Below the pieces are notes generated by a model. That model was given only the letters and a program-made list of their open reading frames with translations. It ran no database searches and was not told the origin of the DNA. From Candidatus Eiseniibacteriota bacterium (GTDB lineage: Bacteria > Eisenbacteria > RBG-16-71-46), in contig CAVUWA010000001.1 in NCBI GenBank assembly GCA_963744995.1, positions 225,821-289,820 of the forward strand: 64,000 nt of DNA. Reading direction: 5' to 3'. Within the stretch, counting starts at the first letter, position 1. Each line of letters starts with the position of its first letter. Positions 39,804-49,541 of this stretch are shown piece by piece. The position numbers were made by a program, and so were the translations under genes.

Positions 39804-40835
39804 ATGCGCTCCCGTTCGCGCCGCCTCCCGGAGACCTTCCTCATGGCCATCCCCGGATTCCTCAAGCGCTGGTTCAGCCGCCGCCTCATGTGGGGCGGCA
39901 AGCTGCCGCTCAGGAAGCGGCTGCTGATCGGCCTGTCGGGGGCGCTCGTCGGCGGCAGCTTCGGCATCCTGGCCATGAAGCTCACGAAGACGCTCGGCGC
40001 GGGCGCCACGCCGTGGCCCTGGTTCGTCGCCTACCTCGGGATCGGCAGTGTGGTCGTGCTGCAGCGGCTGCTGCGCGCCGAAGTCATCAGCAACGTCGAG
40101 ATGCAGAAGGACCAGCAGGCCGCGCAGCAGATCCAGACGCGGCTGCGCCCGGAGGTCCTGCCGCAGCCGTCCGGCTACGAGCTGGCCGGCTTCTACCGTT
40201 CATTCCGCCACGTGGGCGGCGACTACTACGAGACCATGCTGCTCGACGAGCGGCGCCTGCTGATCACGATCGCCGACGTGTCGGGCAAAGGCGCGGGCGC
40301 GGCGCTGCTCACCGCGAATCTGCAGGCGATCCTCAAGTTCGTCGACCTCGACGAGCGGCCCCTCGATCAGATCACCGCGTCGATCAACATGCACCTCTGC
40401 CGGCACACCGAGAGCAGCCGCTTCATCACCATGATGATCGGCCTGCTGGATCTGCCGACGGGAAAGCTCACCTACGTGAATGCGGGGCACAACCCGGCGA
40501 TGCTGGCCCGCAATGGCCGGGTCGAACGGCTCGGGGCGACCTCACCGCCGCTCGGGGCGATCGAGGGGATCGCGTTCCCGGCCACCGAAGCGTCGATGGC
40601 CCCCGGCGACGCGCTCGTGCTCTACACCGACGGGCTCTCCGAGCGCCGCAATCGCGGCAATGCGTTCTTCGACGAGAACGGTATCGAGCGGGCCCTCGCC
40701 GCCGATGGCCGCGCATCGGCCGACGCGATCCTGCGCAGTCTCGTGCAGGCGAGCGAGACATTCTCGAACGGCGTGCCTCCCGACGACGACACCGCGATCC
40801 TGGTGATCCGCATGAAGGACAGGACCGCGGGCTGA
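39804..40835 (+). CDS. Membrane-anchored PP2C/SpoIIE (RsbU-like) phosphatase; start may be 39843
   Basis: Two TMs, coiled coil AAQQIQ, VGGDYY, IADVSGKG, YVNAGHNP, LYTDG, DDTAI. Confidence 0.92.
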   Translation: MRSRSRRLPETFLMAIPGFLKRWFSRRLMWGGKLPLRKRLLIGLSGALVGGSFGILAMKLTKTLGAGATPWPWFVAYLGIGSVVVLQRLLRAEVISNVEMQKDQQAAQQIQTRLRPEVLPQPSGYELAGFYRSFRHVGGDYYETMLLDERRLLITIADVSGKGAGAALLTANLQAILKFVDLDERPLDQITASINMHLCRHTESSRFITMMIGLLDLPTGKLTYVNAGHNPAMLARNGRVERLGATSPPLGAIEGIAFPATEASMAPGDALVLYTDGLSERRNRGNAFFDENGIERALAADGRASADAILRSLVQASETFSNGVPPDDDTAILVIRMKDRTAG

Positions 40836-40855
40836 GCCCGGCGCGGCGCCGCGGC

Positions 40856-41527
40856 TCAGGGCACGTCGAGCCGCACCGTCCGGGAGTGCGCGAGCGGCGT
40901 TCCGGCGTGCACCGCGGTCACGCGCCAGAGCAGCGTGCGCCCGGCGCCGTCCGCGGTGCGCAGCGCGTCGAGCGGCAGCCACAGGACCGTATCGCCCACC
41001 GCGAGCACCGGGCGCAGCGCGGTCAGGTCTTCACCGAACACCGCGAACTCGTAGACCTCGGCGCCCGGCACGGCACGCCAGGTGAAGACCGCCGCATCGC
41101 CCTCGATGCGGGCCGTGGCCGCAAGGGGGGTCGCCGCCGACCCGCGCAGCGTGTCGCGATGCTCGAGCGCCCGCGGCAGCAGCAGCGCCACCGCCACGAT
41201 CACCGCCGCGGCTGCAGCCAGCGCGGGCCAGCCGGTGAACCACGCGCGCGGCGCGCGCGCGGACCGCGCGGGCGTCATCCCGGGGCGTGGCGCCGGATCC
41301 GCTTCCTGCGCCTCGAGCGCATGCTGCACGGCGGCGCGGATCCGGCTGACCGCCTCTTCCGTGCGTGCCCCCGGCGGCGGCGCCTCCGGGTGCAGAAACG
41401 CGCGCAGAGCGATCAGCCGTGCCCAGCGCTCGGGATCCTCACGCACCGCCTGCACCTCGGGGTGCTCCGGCGGCAACTCCGCAAGCTCCGCGATCCGCTC
41501 GTCGCTCCAGACGCGTCCCGGCGTCAT
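40856..41527 (-). CDS. Putative membrane-anchored anti-sigma factor
   Basis: Coupled to the ECF sigma gene (ATGA overlap); single TM (ALAAAAAVIVAVALLL) followed by TLRG and an Ig-like extracytoplasmic domain. Confidence 0.7.
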   Translation of the reverse strand: MTPGRVWSDERIAELAELPPEHPEVQAVREDPERWARLIALRAFLHPEAPPPGARTEEAVSRIRAAVQHALEAQEADPAPRPGMTPARSARAPRAWFTGWPALAAAAAVIVAVALLLPRALEHRDTLRGSAATPLAATARIEGDAAVFTWRAVPGAEVYEFAVFGEDLTALRPVLAVGDTVLWLPLDALRTADGAGRTLLWRVTAVHAGTPLAHSRTVRLDVP

Positions 41528-42156
41528 GCCTGACCTCCTTCGCTCGCGCGGCGGCGCTCACGCGCGGCGCGCAGCTTGCGGCGCGCCGACTGCAGCACGC
41601 CGCGCGCGCCCGAGGCGCCCGGCAGCGCCAGCAGCCGCGTGACCTCTTCCACGGGCAGGCCTTCCTCGCAGCGCAGCATCAGCGCTGCGGCCTCGATCGG
41701 CTCGAGCAGCTCCTTCGCGGCCTGTCGCACCCAGCTCTCCTCGTCCCTGTTCGCGGCCGTCTCCTCGGGACCCGGCGCCGGCGACTGCAGGGCGTCCGCG
41801 TCCACCTCGTCCGTCAGCCAGCGGCGCTCGCGCATCAGCATCCGCAGCGCACGGCGCCGCACGACCGTGTACAGCCACGTCGAGAAGCGTGCGCGCCCCT
41901 CGAACTGGCCGAGGTCGCGCAGCGCGGTGAGCATCGCCTCCTGCGCGAGGTCGAGCGCCGTGTCGTGGTCGCGGGCGAGCCGCAGGCACCACTGGTACAC
42001 GCGCGCGTCGTACCGCGCGAACAGCGTCGCCACCGCGCGCCGCCCCGCCGGCGAACCGGGCTCACCGAGGTAGCGCGTTACCAGCATCTCGTCGGAGGGA
42101 AGGGGCGTCCCCCGCCCTCCACCTTCTTCCGGGACCGCCGGGAGGCTGTCCGTCAC
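41524..42156 (-). CDS. ECF RNA polymerase sigma factor
   Basis: SDEMLV, LFARY, ALDLAQEAM, FEGRARFSTWLYTV, region 4 EEVTRLL...LQSARRKL. Confidence 0.9.
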   Translation of the reverse strand: MTDSLPAVPEEGGGRGTPLPSDEMLVTRYLGEPGSPAGRRAVATLFARYDARVYQWCLRLARDHDTALDLAQEAMLTALRDLGQFEGRARFSTWLYTVVRRRALRMLMRERRWLTDEVDADALQSPAPGPEETAANRDEESWVRQAAKELLEPIEAAALMLRCEEGLPVEEVTRLLALPGASGARGVLQSARRKLRAARERRRASEGGQA

Positions 42157-42360
42157 AGCCGAATTCTCCACCGTTCGTGCATGCCGTGGATATTGCCACA
42201 GCCCGGGCCGAATGGGCCGCGGGCAGGCGGGCGGTCCCGCGACGTGTGACGGCGAGGGGCTTTCCGGTCCCCCATCGGTGACCACCTCTGCATCCTGGAC
42301 ATCACGGGCGGGATCACGCCACACTCCGGCCCCGCTCGCGGCGCTCGTCAGGAGGATCCC

Positions 42361-45300
42361 ATGCCGCTCCGACACTTCATTCGACCCGCTGCATCCCTGT
42401 CCGCTTCGATCGCCGTCCTCCTCCTCTGCACGTCCCTCGTGCCATCGCCGGCGCGCGCGGCGTGGACACCCACGGGTCAGGCGGCGGCCACGGGTGACTG
42501 GGCGCAGAACAGTCCGGCCATCGCCTCCGACGCCGCAGGCGGCGGCATCGTCGTGTTCCGGGATCGGCGCGGAGCCGACTACGACATCTATGCACAGCGG
42601 CTCGACGCTTCGGGCACGCCGCTGTGGACGGCGAACGGCGCTTCCGTCTGCACGGCGACCGGCGACCAGCAGAATCCGGGCATCGTCGGCGACGGCGCGG
42701 GCGGCGCGTTCCTGTTCTGGGAGGACCGCCGCGCCGGGTTCGCGAGCGACATCTACGCGCAGCACCTCGACGGCGCGGGCGTCCCGCAGTGGAGCGCGGA
42801 CGGCGCGCCGGTCGCGGTCGTCACGCAGGTCCAGCGCACGCCGGTGGGCGCCTCCGACGGCGCCGGCGGCGTCATCATCGCCTGGGCCGACCGGCGCGCG
42901 GTGGGCTACGACATCTACGTGCAGCGTCTCGATGCGACCGGCGCCCCGCAGTGGGCGCTGAACGGGGTCAACATCTGCTCGGCCACCGGGACGCAGCAGA
43001 CGCCCCTGATCGTCGCGGACGGCGCGGGCGGCGCGTGGGTCGCATGGCAGGATGCGCGTTCGAGCGGCACCCACTACTACGCGCAGCGGGTCGACGCGTC
43101 GGGCACGGCGCTGTACACGGCGGACGGCATCCCGGTCTGCGTCGCCTCGGGCTCGCGCAGCGGGCTCGCGATCTCGCCCGTGCCCGGCGGCGGGGTGGCG
43201 CTGGCATGGCGCGACACGCGCAACGGGCTCGGCGAGCTGTTCGTGCAGTCCGTGGACGGCACCGGCGCGGTGGCATGGGCCACCGACGGCGTCTCGATCG
43301 CGAGCACGGTGAACAGCACGGTCAGCCTCGCCGCCGACGGGGCGTTTCAGTACGTGGTCTGGGACGACACCCGCGACCCGGGCGAGACCCAGATCTACGC
43401 CCAGCGCATCGACGCAACCGGCGCGACCGTGTGGGGCGCCGACGTGCCGGTCTGCACGGCACCCGGCAGCCAGAGCGACCCGCTCGCCGCCGTGGACGGT
43501 TCGGGACGGCTCGTCGCCGTGTGGCGCGACGCGCGCAATCCCGGCACCGACATCTACGCCCAGATCGTCAGCGCGGCCGGCGCCACGGTGGCGGCCGCCG
43601 ACGGCGTGCCGCTCTGCGCGTTCCCCGACTTCCGCCAGTCGCTGGTGATGGCGCTCGGCCCCTCGGGCGAAATCCTGGCCGGCTGGGACGACCGGCGCGA
43701 CGACAGCGCCGGAGACGTCTACGTGATCCGCGTCGACACGACCACCATGCCCGACGCCTACACTGTCACCAGCACGGCCGATTCGGGACCGGGCTCGCTC
43801 CGGCAGGCCCTGCTCGATGCGAACGCAACCCCCGGGCTCGATCGCATCTCCTTCGCGATTCCCGGCCCCGGTCCGCACGTGATCCAGCCGCTCGCGCCGC
43901 TGCCCGCGATCACCGCGCCCGTCGTGATCGACGGCTACTCGCAGGAAGGCAGCGCGTTCGGCAACGCGCTCGCCGGGGTGCCCGGCGTCAGCACGATCGC
44001 GATCGACCTCGACGGCTCGCTCGCGGGCGGCGTGGGACTCGACGTGAGCGCCCCCGGAACCACCATCCGCGGCCTCGCGGTGCGCGGCTTCGCCGGCTCC
44101 GGCATCCGCTTCACCGGCGCCAGCGGCAGCGCCGTCGAAGGATGCTACGTCGGCACCGACGCGACGGGGCTCGCCGTATTCGGCAACGGCGGCGACGGCG
44201 TCGAGGCCAGCGCGGCAGGCGGAATCCACGTCGGCTCGCAATTGCTCGGCGGCCGCAACGTGATCGCCGGCAACAGCGGCGACGGCGTGCGCATGACCGA
44301 CGTCGCCGGCGTCCATGTGGCAGGCAACCACATCGGTCTCGACGACGACGGCGGCGCGCTCGGCAACGGCGGCGCCGGGGTGCACGTCGCGGGGCTCTCG
44401 AGCGACGTGCAGATCGGTCTGACGTCGAGCGTGCCGACCAGCAACCTCGCGATTCCGGTCGGCGGGAACGCCATTCGCAGCAACGGCGACGACGGCGTGC
44501 GGATCGAGGCGACCGTCACGCCGCCGGTGCTCGTCTCGGGCAACGGCATCGATGCCAACGCCGCGCTCGGCATCGACACCGCCGAAGACGGCGTCACCGG
44601 CGCGAGCGCCGCGCCCGCGTTCACGGCGGCGCCGATGCTGACCCGTGCATACCAGAACACCAGCAGCCAGGTGGAAGTGGACGGCACCGTGAGCGGCCCG
44701 CCGAACACGACCGTCACCGTGCAGCTGTTCGCTTCACCGGTCTGCGACGACTCGGGCAGCGGCGAGGGGGCGAGCTACGTCGCGTACTTCAGCCAGGCGC
44801 TCGACGGCACGGGCAGCGCCGCCTTCTCACGGTCGATCTACATTTCCGAACCGCAGACCGGACCCGCGGCGCCCGGCAGCCAGATGGCGGCGATCGCGAT
44901 CGTCCCCGGCGGGGCGACCTCGGAGTTCTCGCCCTGCATGACGATCACCAACACCGCGCCCGGAACCGGAAGCATGGTGACGGTTTCCGATCCGGCCACC
45001 GGGACCAGCGCCGACCTCACCTTCGACGACGCCGGCGCGGGCGGAGTCACCTCGCTCGAGGTCACCGACACCGCGCCAGCGGTACCGGCGGGCTTCGAGA
45101 TCGGCGACCCTCCCGTCTTCTACGACGTCACGACCACCGCCCCCTTCTCCGGCAACGTCGAGGTGTGCCTCCACTACGACGAGACCGCCATCGGCATTCC
45201 GGAAACGGACCTGGTGCTGCTGCACTACGACGCCGGCACGGCCATGTGGGAAGACGTGACGACGAGCGTGGACGACCTCTCGAACGTCATCTGCGGCAAC

Positions 45301-45648
45301 CTCACGTCGCTGTCGCCGTTCGTCGTCGCGCGCGCGCCCGTCACCGGCGTGGACGACGGCGGGGCGCCGGTACGGCTGGCATTCGGACCGGCCACGCCGA
45401 ATCCGCTGCGCACCGCGACCGCGTTCGTGCTCGAGATGCCGGCGAAGGACGTCGTGGACGTGCGGATGTTCGACCTGCACGGCCGGGTGGTGCGCACCCT
45501 CGCCGCGGGAACGCTCGAGGCGGGGCGGCACGTGCTCACCTGGCGCGGGCTCGGCGACGGCGGGAAGCGGCTGCCGGCCGGCATCTACTTCGCGCGGGCA
45601 TCGGTGGGCGGCCGCTCGTTCGTGAGGCGCGTAATTCGGCTGCAGTGA
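42361..45648 (+). CDS. Large secreted repeat protein: propeller-like repeats + beta-helix + FlgD/T9SS-like CTD
   Basis: Signal peptide; repeats W.D.R....DIY.QR.D..G...W...G..VC; VTSTADSGPGSLRQAL; Gly/Asn beta-helix; C-terminal PNP...FDLHGRVVRTL...W.G...G..LPAGIYF. Confidence 0.88.
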   Translation: MPLRHFIRPAASLSASIAVLLLCTSLVPSPARAAWTPTGQAAATGDWAQNSPAIASDAAGGGIVVFRDRRGADYDIYAQRLDASGTPLWTANGASVCTATGDQQNPGIVGDGAGGAFLFWEDRRAGFASDIYAQHLDGAGVPQWSADGAPVAVVTQVQRTPVGASDGAGGVIIAWADRRAVGYDIYVQRLDATGAPQWALNGVNICSATGTQQTPLIVADGAGGAWVAWQDARSSGTHYYAQRVDASGTALYTADGIPVCVASGSRSGLAISPVPGGGVALAWRDTRNGLGELFVQSVDGTGAVAWATDGVSIASTVNSTVSLAADGAFQYVVWDDTRDPGETQIYAQRIDATGATVWGADVPVCTAPGSQSDPLAAVDGSGRLVAVWRDARNPGTDIYAQIVSAAGATVAAADGVPLCAFPDFRQSLVMALGPSGEILAGWDDRRDDSAGDVYVIRVDTTTMPDAYTVTSTADSGPGSLRQALLDANATPGLDRISFAIPGPGPHVIQPLAPLPAITAPVVIDGYSQEGSAFGNALAGVPGVSTIAIDLDGSLAGGVGLDVSAPGTTIRGLAVRGFAGSGIRFTGASGSAVEGCYVGTDATGLAVFGNGGDGVEASAAGGIHVGSQLLGGRNVIAGNSGDGVRMTDVAGVHVAGNHIGLDDDGGALGNGGAGVHVAGLSSDVQIGLTSSVPTSNLAIPVGGNAIRSNGDDGVRIEATVTPPVLVSGNGIDANAALGIDTAEDGVTGASAAPAFTAAPMLTRAYQNTSSQVEVDGTVSGPPNTTVTVQLFASPVCDDSGSGEGASYVAYFSQALDGTGSAAFSRSIYISEPQTGPAAPGSQMAAIAIVPGGATSEFSPCMTITNTAPGTGSMVTVSDPATGTSADLTFDDAGAGGVTSLEVTDTAPAVPAGFEIGDPPVFYDVTTTAPFSGNVEVCLHYDETAIGIPETDLVLLHYDAGTAMWEDVTTSVDDLSNVICGNLTSLSPFVVARAPVTGVDDGGAPVRLAFGPATPNPLRTATAFVLEMPAKDVVDVRMFDLHGRVVRTLAAGTLEAGRHVLTWRGLGDGGKRLPAGIYFARASVGGRSFVRRVIRLQ

Positions 45649-45682
45649 GGGGGCCGCGAATCGCCCGGAGCGTGGCGGGCGC

Positions 45683-46138
45683 CTAGAACAGCGCCCGCCA
45701 CGCCCACCAGGCGAGGTGAAACGCCCCGCATGCGGTGAGTCCAGCGATCACGTCGTCGATCACCACGCCGACGCCGCCCGGCAGCCGCTGCGCCTCGCGC
45801 GCGCCGAGCGGCTTCCAGATGTCGAACAGGCGGAACAGAAAGAATGCGGCGGCGAACGCCCACCACGTGTGCGGCACGAACAGCAGTGCGAGGCTCTGGC
45901 CGATCACCTCGTCGGCGACGATCGGATGGGCATCGTGGCCGAGCGTTTTCTCGGCCTCGCCGGACACGTAGATCGCGAGCGCCGTGCCGGCGACGAGCAG
46001 CGCGACCGTCACCGGCCACGCGGGCGGCGGAACGAACCAGCCGATCGCGACCACGACCGCGCTCGCCCAGGTGGCGGGCGCCACCGGCCCGTAGCCCACC
46101 GGACCGAGCGTCGCGAGCGCGCGGACGAACGTCCTCAA
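45683..46138 (-). CDS. pgpA: Phosphatidylglycerophosphatase A
   Basis: GYGPVAPATWAS, IVADEVIG, FFLFRLFDIWKP, GVVIDDVIAG. Confidence 0.93.
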   Translation of the reverse strand: MRTFVRALATLGPVGYGPVAPATWASAVVVAIGWFVPPPAWPVTVALLVAGTALAIYVSGEAEKTLGHDAHPIVADEVIGQSLALLFVPHTWWAFAAAFFLFRLFDIWKPLGAREAQRLPGGVGVVIDDVIAGLTACGAFHLAWWAWRALF

Positions 46139-46887
46139 GCGCGCTTCGGTGGCGGCGGCCCGCCCGGCGCCGAGCGCGGACCGTGCGGCGCCGCGGCGGC
46201 GACGGCGTGGTGCGCGCTCGCCGCAGTGTCTGCGCGTGCCGGCGCACCGCCGCCGGCGCCGGCGCCCGCGGCGGGCTTCCGCGGCAGGGCCGCCTCGGTG
46301 CCCGCGAGGCGCGCCAGCACCGCCTTGCAGGCGGCCTTGAGCGACTCGTTGACACCCAGGCCCTGCGTGGCGACCGCCTGCACTTCCGTCGCACCGCCGG
46401 GATTCAGCGCGGCGGAGAGCCGCGACAGGGGCAGGGCCGCCTGGAGATCGCGCTTGTTGTACTGCATCACGCGCGGAATGCGAGCGATCTGCGCGGCGGT
46501 GAGCCCCATGGCGCGCAGATGTTCGTCAAGATCGCGCAGCGACTCCAGATTCGCCTGCTCGCGCGCCGGGTGGGAGTCGGCGACGAACACCAGCGCGTCC
46601 GCGCCCTGCAGCACCGCGCGCCGCGACAGCCGGTAGTAGACCTGTCCGGGCACCGTATAGAGGTGAAAGCGGGTCAGGAACCCGTTCACGTGGCCGAGAT
46701 CGACCGGCATGAAGTCGAAGAACAGCGTGCGCTCGTGATCGGTGGCGACCGAGATCAGCTTGCCGCGGCGCTGCTCGGGAAGCCGCCGGTGCAGGCACTC
46801 GAGGTTGGTGGTCTTGCCGCCGAGCCCGGGTCCGACGTACACGATCTTGAAGTGGATCTCGCGGGCCCGGTGATTGATCAGCGCCAT
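46135..46887 (-). CDS. mglA: MglA-type small Ras-like GTPase
   Basis: REIHFKIVYVGPGLGGKTTNL, ERTLFFDF, HLYTVPGQVYY, VFVADS, QYNKRDL; Ala/Pro-rich tail. Confidence 0.92.
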   Translation of the reverse strand: MALINHRAREIHFKIVYVGPGLGGKTTNLECLHRRLPEQRRGKLISVATDHERTLFFDFMPVDLGHVNGFLTRFHLYTVPGQVYYRLSRRAVLQGADALVFVADSHPAREQANLESLRDLDEHLRAMGLTAAQIARIPRVMQYNKRDLQAALPLSRLSAALNPGGATEVQAVATQGLGVNESLKAACKAVLARLAGTEAALPRKPAAGAGAGGGAPARADTAASAHHAVAAAAPHGPRSAPGGPPPPKRA

Positions 46888-46976
46888 CGCAACTCCATCG
46901 GAGCACGGTTCGGGACAGACCTGCCTGACCCGCCGGTGGGAACCGCCGGGCATTGGATTCCGTAACGGCGGCGGTG

Positions 46977-47462
46977 CTAGTCGCCGAACAGGGCGTCGAC
47001 CTCGAGACCGGCGGCTTCCGCGTACTCGGGCGTGGCCGTCTGCGCTTCGCCCACCCCGACCTTCTCGAACAGCGTGCGGAACAGCCCGTCCAGCTCGGCC
47101 GCCGCGCGCTGCGCACGGAATCGCACCAGCCCGAGCGACGAGCGCCGGTCGAACACCGTACACATGATCACCCGATCGGCGATCAGGCACGAGTGCACGG
47201 ACCGTTCGCGGCCTTCATTGATGACCGCGTCCACCCGTGCTTCGCCGAGCAGCGACGAAAGCTGCGCGTTCGCGGTGAAATCGGCGGCGACGAGGCTGGC
47301 GAACGACGTGGCGTCGAAATCACCCACGTGTCCCGCGGTCGAAATGAGCTGGCCGGATCGGTCCACCAGATGCACGGAGAGCGCGCTGGCTTTGTCCAGC
47401 AGCTGATTCAGCACCTGGTCGATGGCTCGAAAGTCCTGCTCGAACAGAGTCCATTGAGGCAT
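46977..47462 (-). CDS. mglB: MglB roadblock/LC7 GTPase-activating protein
   Basis: LVDRSGQLI..AG...DATSFASL.A..F.A...L..LLGE, FDRRSSLGLVR, EVDALFG; upstream of mglA. Confidence 0.92.
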   Translation of the reverse strand: MPQWTLFEQDFRAIDQVLNQLLDKASALSVHLVDRSGQLISTAGHVGDFDATSFASLVAADFTANAQLSSLLGEARVDAVINEGRERSVHSCLIADRVIMCTVFDRRSSLGLVRFRAQRAAAELDGLFRTLFEKVGVGEAQTATPEYAEAAGLEVDALFGD

Positions 47463-47650
47463 GGGTCCCTCCCGCCTTCAGAACGCTCCGAGGGCGAGCG
47501 AGTGAACTCAGAGGCACGTCCGTGTACGCCGGGGAAAGGGGTATCACGCGCCCTGCCCCCGGGCAAGCGCCAAAGTGCGAAGCGACGGCGGCTTCGAGGG
47601 TTGCGGGCCGTCCCGGAGCGGCCGGGCGGCGCCGCGGGGACCGCCCCCGG

Positions 47651-48898
47651 TCAGCGCGGCGGGGCGGCCGGCGGGTGGGGATCGGCCGGCTTCGCGACCG
47701 CGGGGCCGGACGCCGCCCCCGCGTCCCGGCTGTCGCCCGCACGGCCGCCCGCGCCCTGCAGGCGCGCGAGCCGGCGGCGGGCGCGGGTCAGCAGCCGCTG
47801 CCGCGTGATCGCCATGCGGCGGCTGCGCACGTCGGCGGCGCGCTGCGGCACGTCGTGCTCGTCCTCGATCTCGCCGACGATCTCCTCGAGGATGTCCTCG
47901 AGCGTCACGATCCCGAGCAGGCGACCCTCTTCGTCGCGCACGATCGCCAGGTGGCGCCGGTCGCGTTTGAGCGTCGACAGCAGTCGCGCCACGGAATCAT
48001 CGGGGCTCACGAACAGCGCCGGGTACATCGCGTCCATCAGCACCACCAGCCCGCGCAGGCTGAAGAGGTGGAACAGGTCCTTGGTGTTGACGATGCCCAC
48101 GATGTTGTCGGGGTCGCCGTCCCAGACCGGCATGCGGGTGTGTGCGGTGCGGCGCGCGACCTCGAGCACCTCGTCTTCGGTCGCCGAGAGCGGCAGCCCG
48201 ACCACCTTCTCGCGCGGGACCATGACCTCGCTCACCTTCTTCTCCGATAGCATGAACACGTTCTCGAGGTAGTCGGCCTGGTCGCCCGGGATCACGCCGG
48301 CTTCCTCGGTCTCCTCGACCAGCAGCATCAGCTCGTCGATCGAATGCACCGACTTGTGGGTCGCGATCGGCGGCAGATGCAGCTGGCGAACGACCCAGTT
48401 GCCGGTGCCGTTCATGAGATCGATGAACGGGCGGAACAACCGCGCGAACACCAGCAGCGGCGCGGCGATCATCAGCGCCACGTCCTCGGAGCGCTGCAGC
48501 GCGATCGCCTTGGGAGCGAGCTCGCCGAGCACGACGTGCAGGAACGTGATCAGGATGAAGGCGATCGTCACCGCGACCGCGTGGGTGGCGGCGACGCCCA
48601 CCAGGCCGGGCAGCCAGTGGAACAGCGGCTCGATCAGGTGGGCGAGCGCGGGCTCGCCGATCCAGCCGAGCGCGAGGCTCGCGAAGGTGATGCCGAGCTG
48701 CGTCGCGGCGATGACGTCGTCGAGGTTCTCCACCGCGTAGTGGACCGCGGGGGCGCCGAACTTCTTTTCTTCCACGAGCTGCTCGACCCGGGTCCAGCGG
48801 ATCGTCACGAGCGAGAATTCCGCCGCGACGAAGTAGCCGTTCATCAATACCAGCAGCACAACGCCGACCAGCCGGACGATGTCGAACGCGTATTCCAT
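47651..48898 (-). CDS. Hemolysin/CNNM (DUF21 + CBS pair) family transporter
   Basis: NGYFVAAEFSLV, QLGITFASLALGWIGEP, GELAPK, HTRMPV, GIVTLEDILEEIVGEIEDE. Confidence 0.92.
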   Translation of the reverse strand: MEYAFDIVRLVGVVLLVLMNGYFVAAEFSLVTIRWTRVEQLVEEKKFGAPAVHYAVENLDDVIAATQLGITFASLALGWIGEPALAHLIEPLFHWLPGLVGVAATHAVAVTIAFILITFLHVVLGELAPKAIALQRSEDVALMIAAPLLVFARLFRPFIDLMNGTGNWVVRQLHLPPIATHKSVHSIDELMLLVEETEEAGVIPGDQADYLENVFMLSEKKVSEVMVPREKVVGLPLSATEDEVLEVARRTAHTRMPVWDGDPDNIVGIVNTKDLFHLFSLRGLVVLMDAMYPALFVSPDDSVARLLSTLKRDRRHLAIVRDEEGRLLGIVTLEDILEEIVGEIEDEHDVPQRAADVRSRRMAITRQRLLTRARRRLARLQGAGGRAGDSRDAGAASGPAVAKPADPHPPAAPPR

Positions 48899-48925
48899 GA
48901 AGAAGTGGAGAGCAGCCGGGCCGGC

Positions 48926-49525
48926 CTACTCGACCTCCCGCCTCCCTTCGAGCGCGCGAGCGAGCGTCACCAGATCGGAGTATTCGAGATCCGATCCCAT
49001 CGGCACGCCGCGCGCGATGCGCGTCACCCGCACGCCGAGCGGGGTGAGCAGCTTCGACAGGTACAGCGAAGTGGCCTCGCCGGCGACGTTGGGGTTCGTG
49101 GCGAGGATCACCTCCTGGATCTTTCCTTCGCGCAGGCGCTCGAGCAGCTCGCGGATGCGCAGATTGTCGGGATGCGTGCCGTCGAGCGGCGACAGCGCGC
49201 CGCCGAGCACGTGGTAGCGGCCCTTGAACTGCCCGGTGCGCTCGAACGCCAGCACGTCGCCGGCCTGCTCGACCACGCACACGATGCGGTCGTCACGGCC
49301 GGGATCCGTGCACAGCGGGCACGGGTCGACCTCGGCGAAGTTGCCGCAGACCGAGCAGAAACTCACGCGCTCCTTGACGGCGCGGATCGCTTCCGCCAGG
49401 CGCAGCGCGTCCTCGCGCGGCGCACGCAGCAGATGGAGCGCCATGCGCTGCGCGCTCTTCTGCCCGATGCTCGGCAGCTTGGTGAGCTCTTCGATCAGCA
49501 GCTCGAGGTATTTCGATCCGTACAT
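48926..49525 (-). CDS. recR: Recombination protein RecR
   Basis: LPSIGQKSAQR, C4 zinc finger, YHVLGG, EVILATNP..GEAT. Confidence 0.97.
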   Translation of the reverse strand: MYGSKYLELLIEELTKLPSIGQKSAQRMALHLLRAPREDALRLAEAIRAVKERVSFCSVCGNFAEVDPCPLCTDPGRDDRIVCVVEQAGDVLAFERTGQFKGRYHVLGGALSPLDGTHPDNLRIRELLERLREGKIQEVILATNPNVAGEATSLYLSKLLTPLGVRVTRIARGVPMGSDLEYSDLVTLARALEGRREVE

Positions 49526-49541
49526 GGAGGGGGGCGGCCGG

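Noticed and set aside
41524..44385. 953-aa ORF suggesting a giant sigma-factor fusion
   Set aside because: Only the last 210 codons are ECF-like; the rest is antisense to the real 42361-45648 gene.
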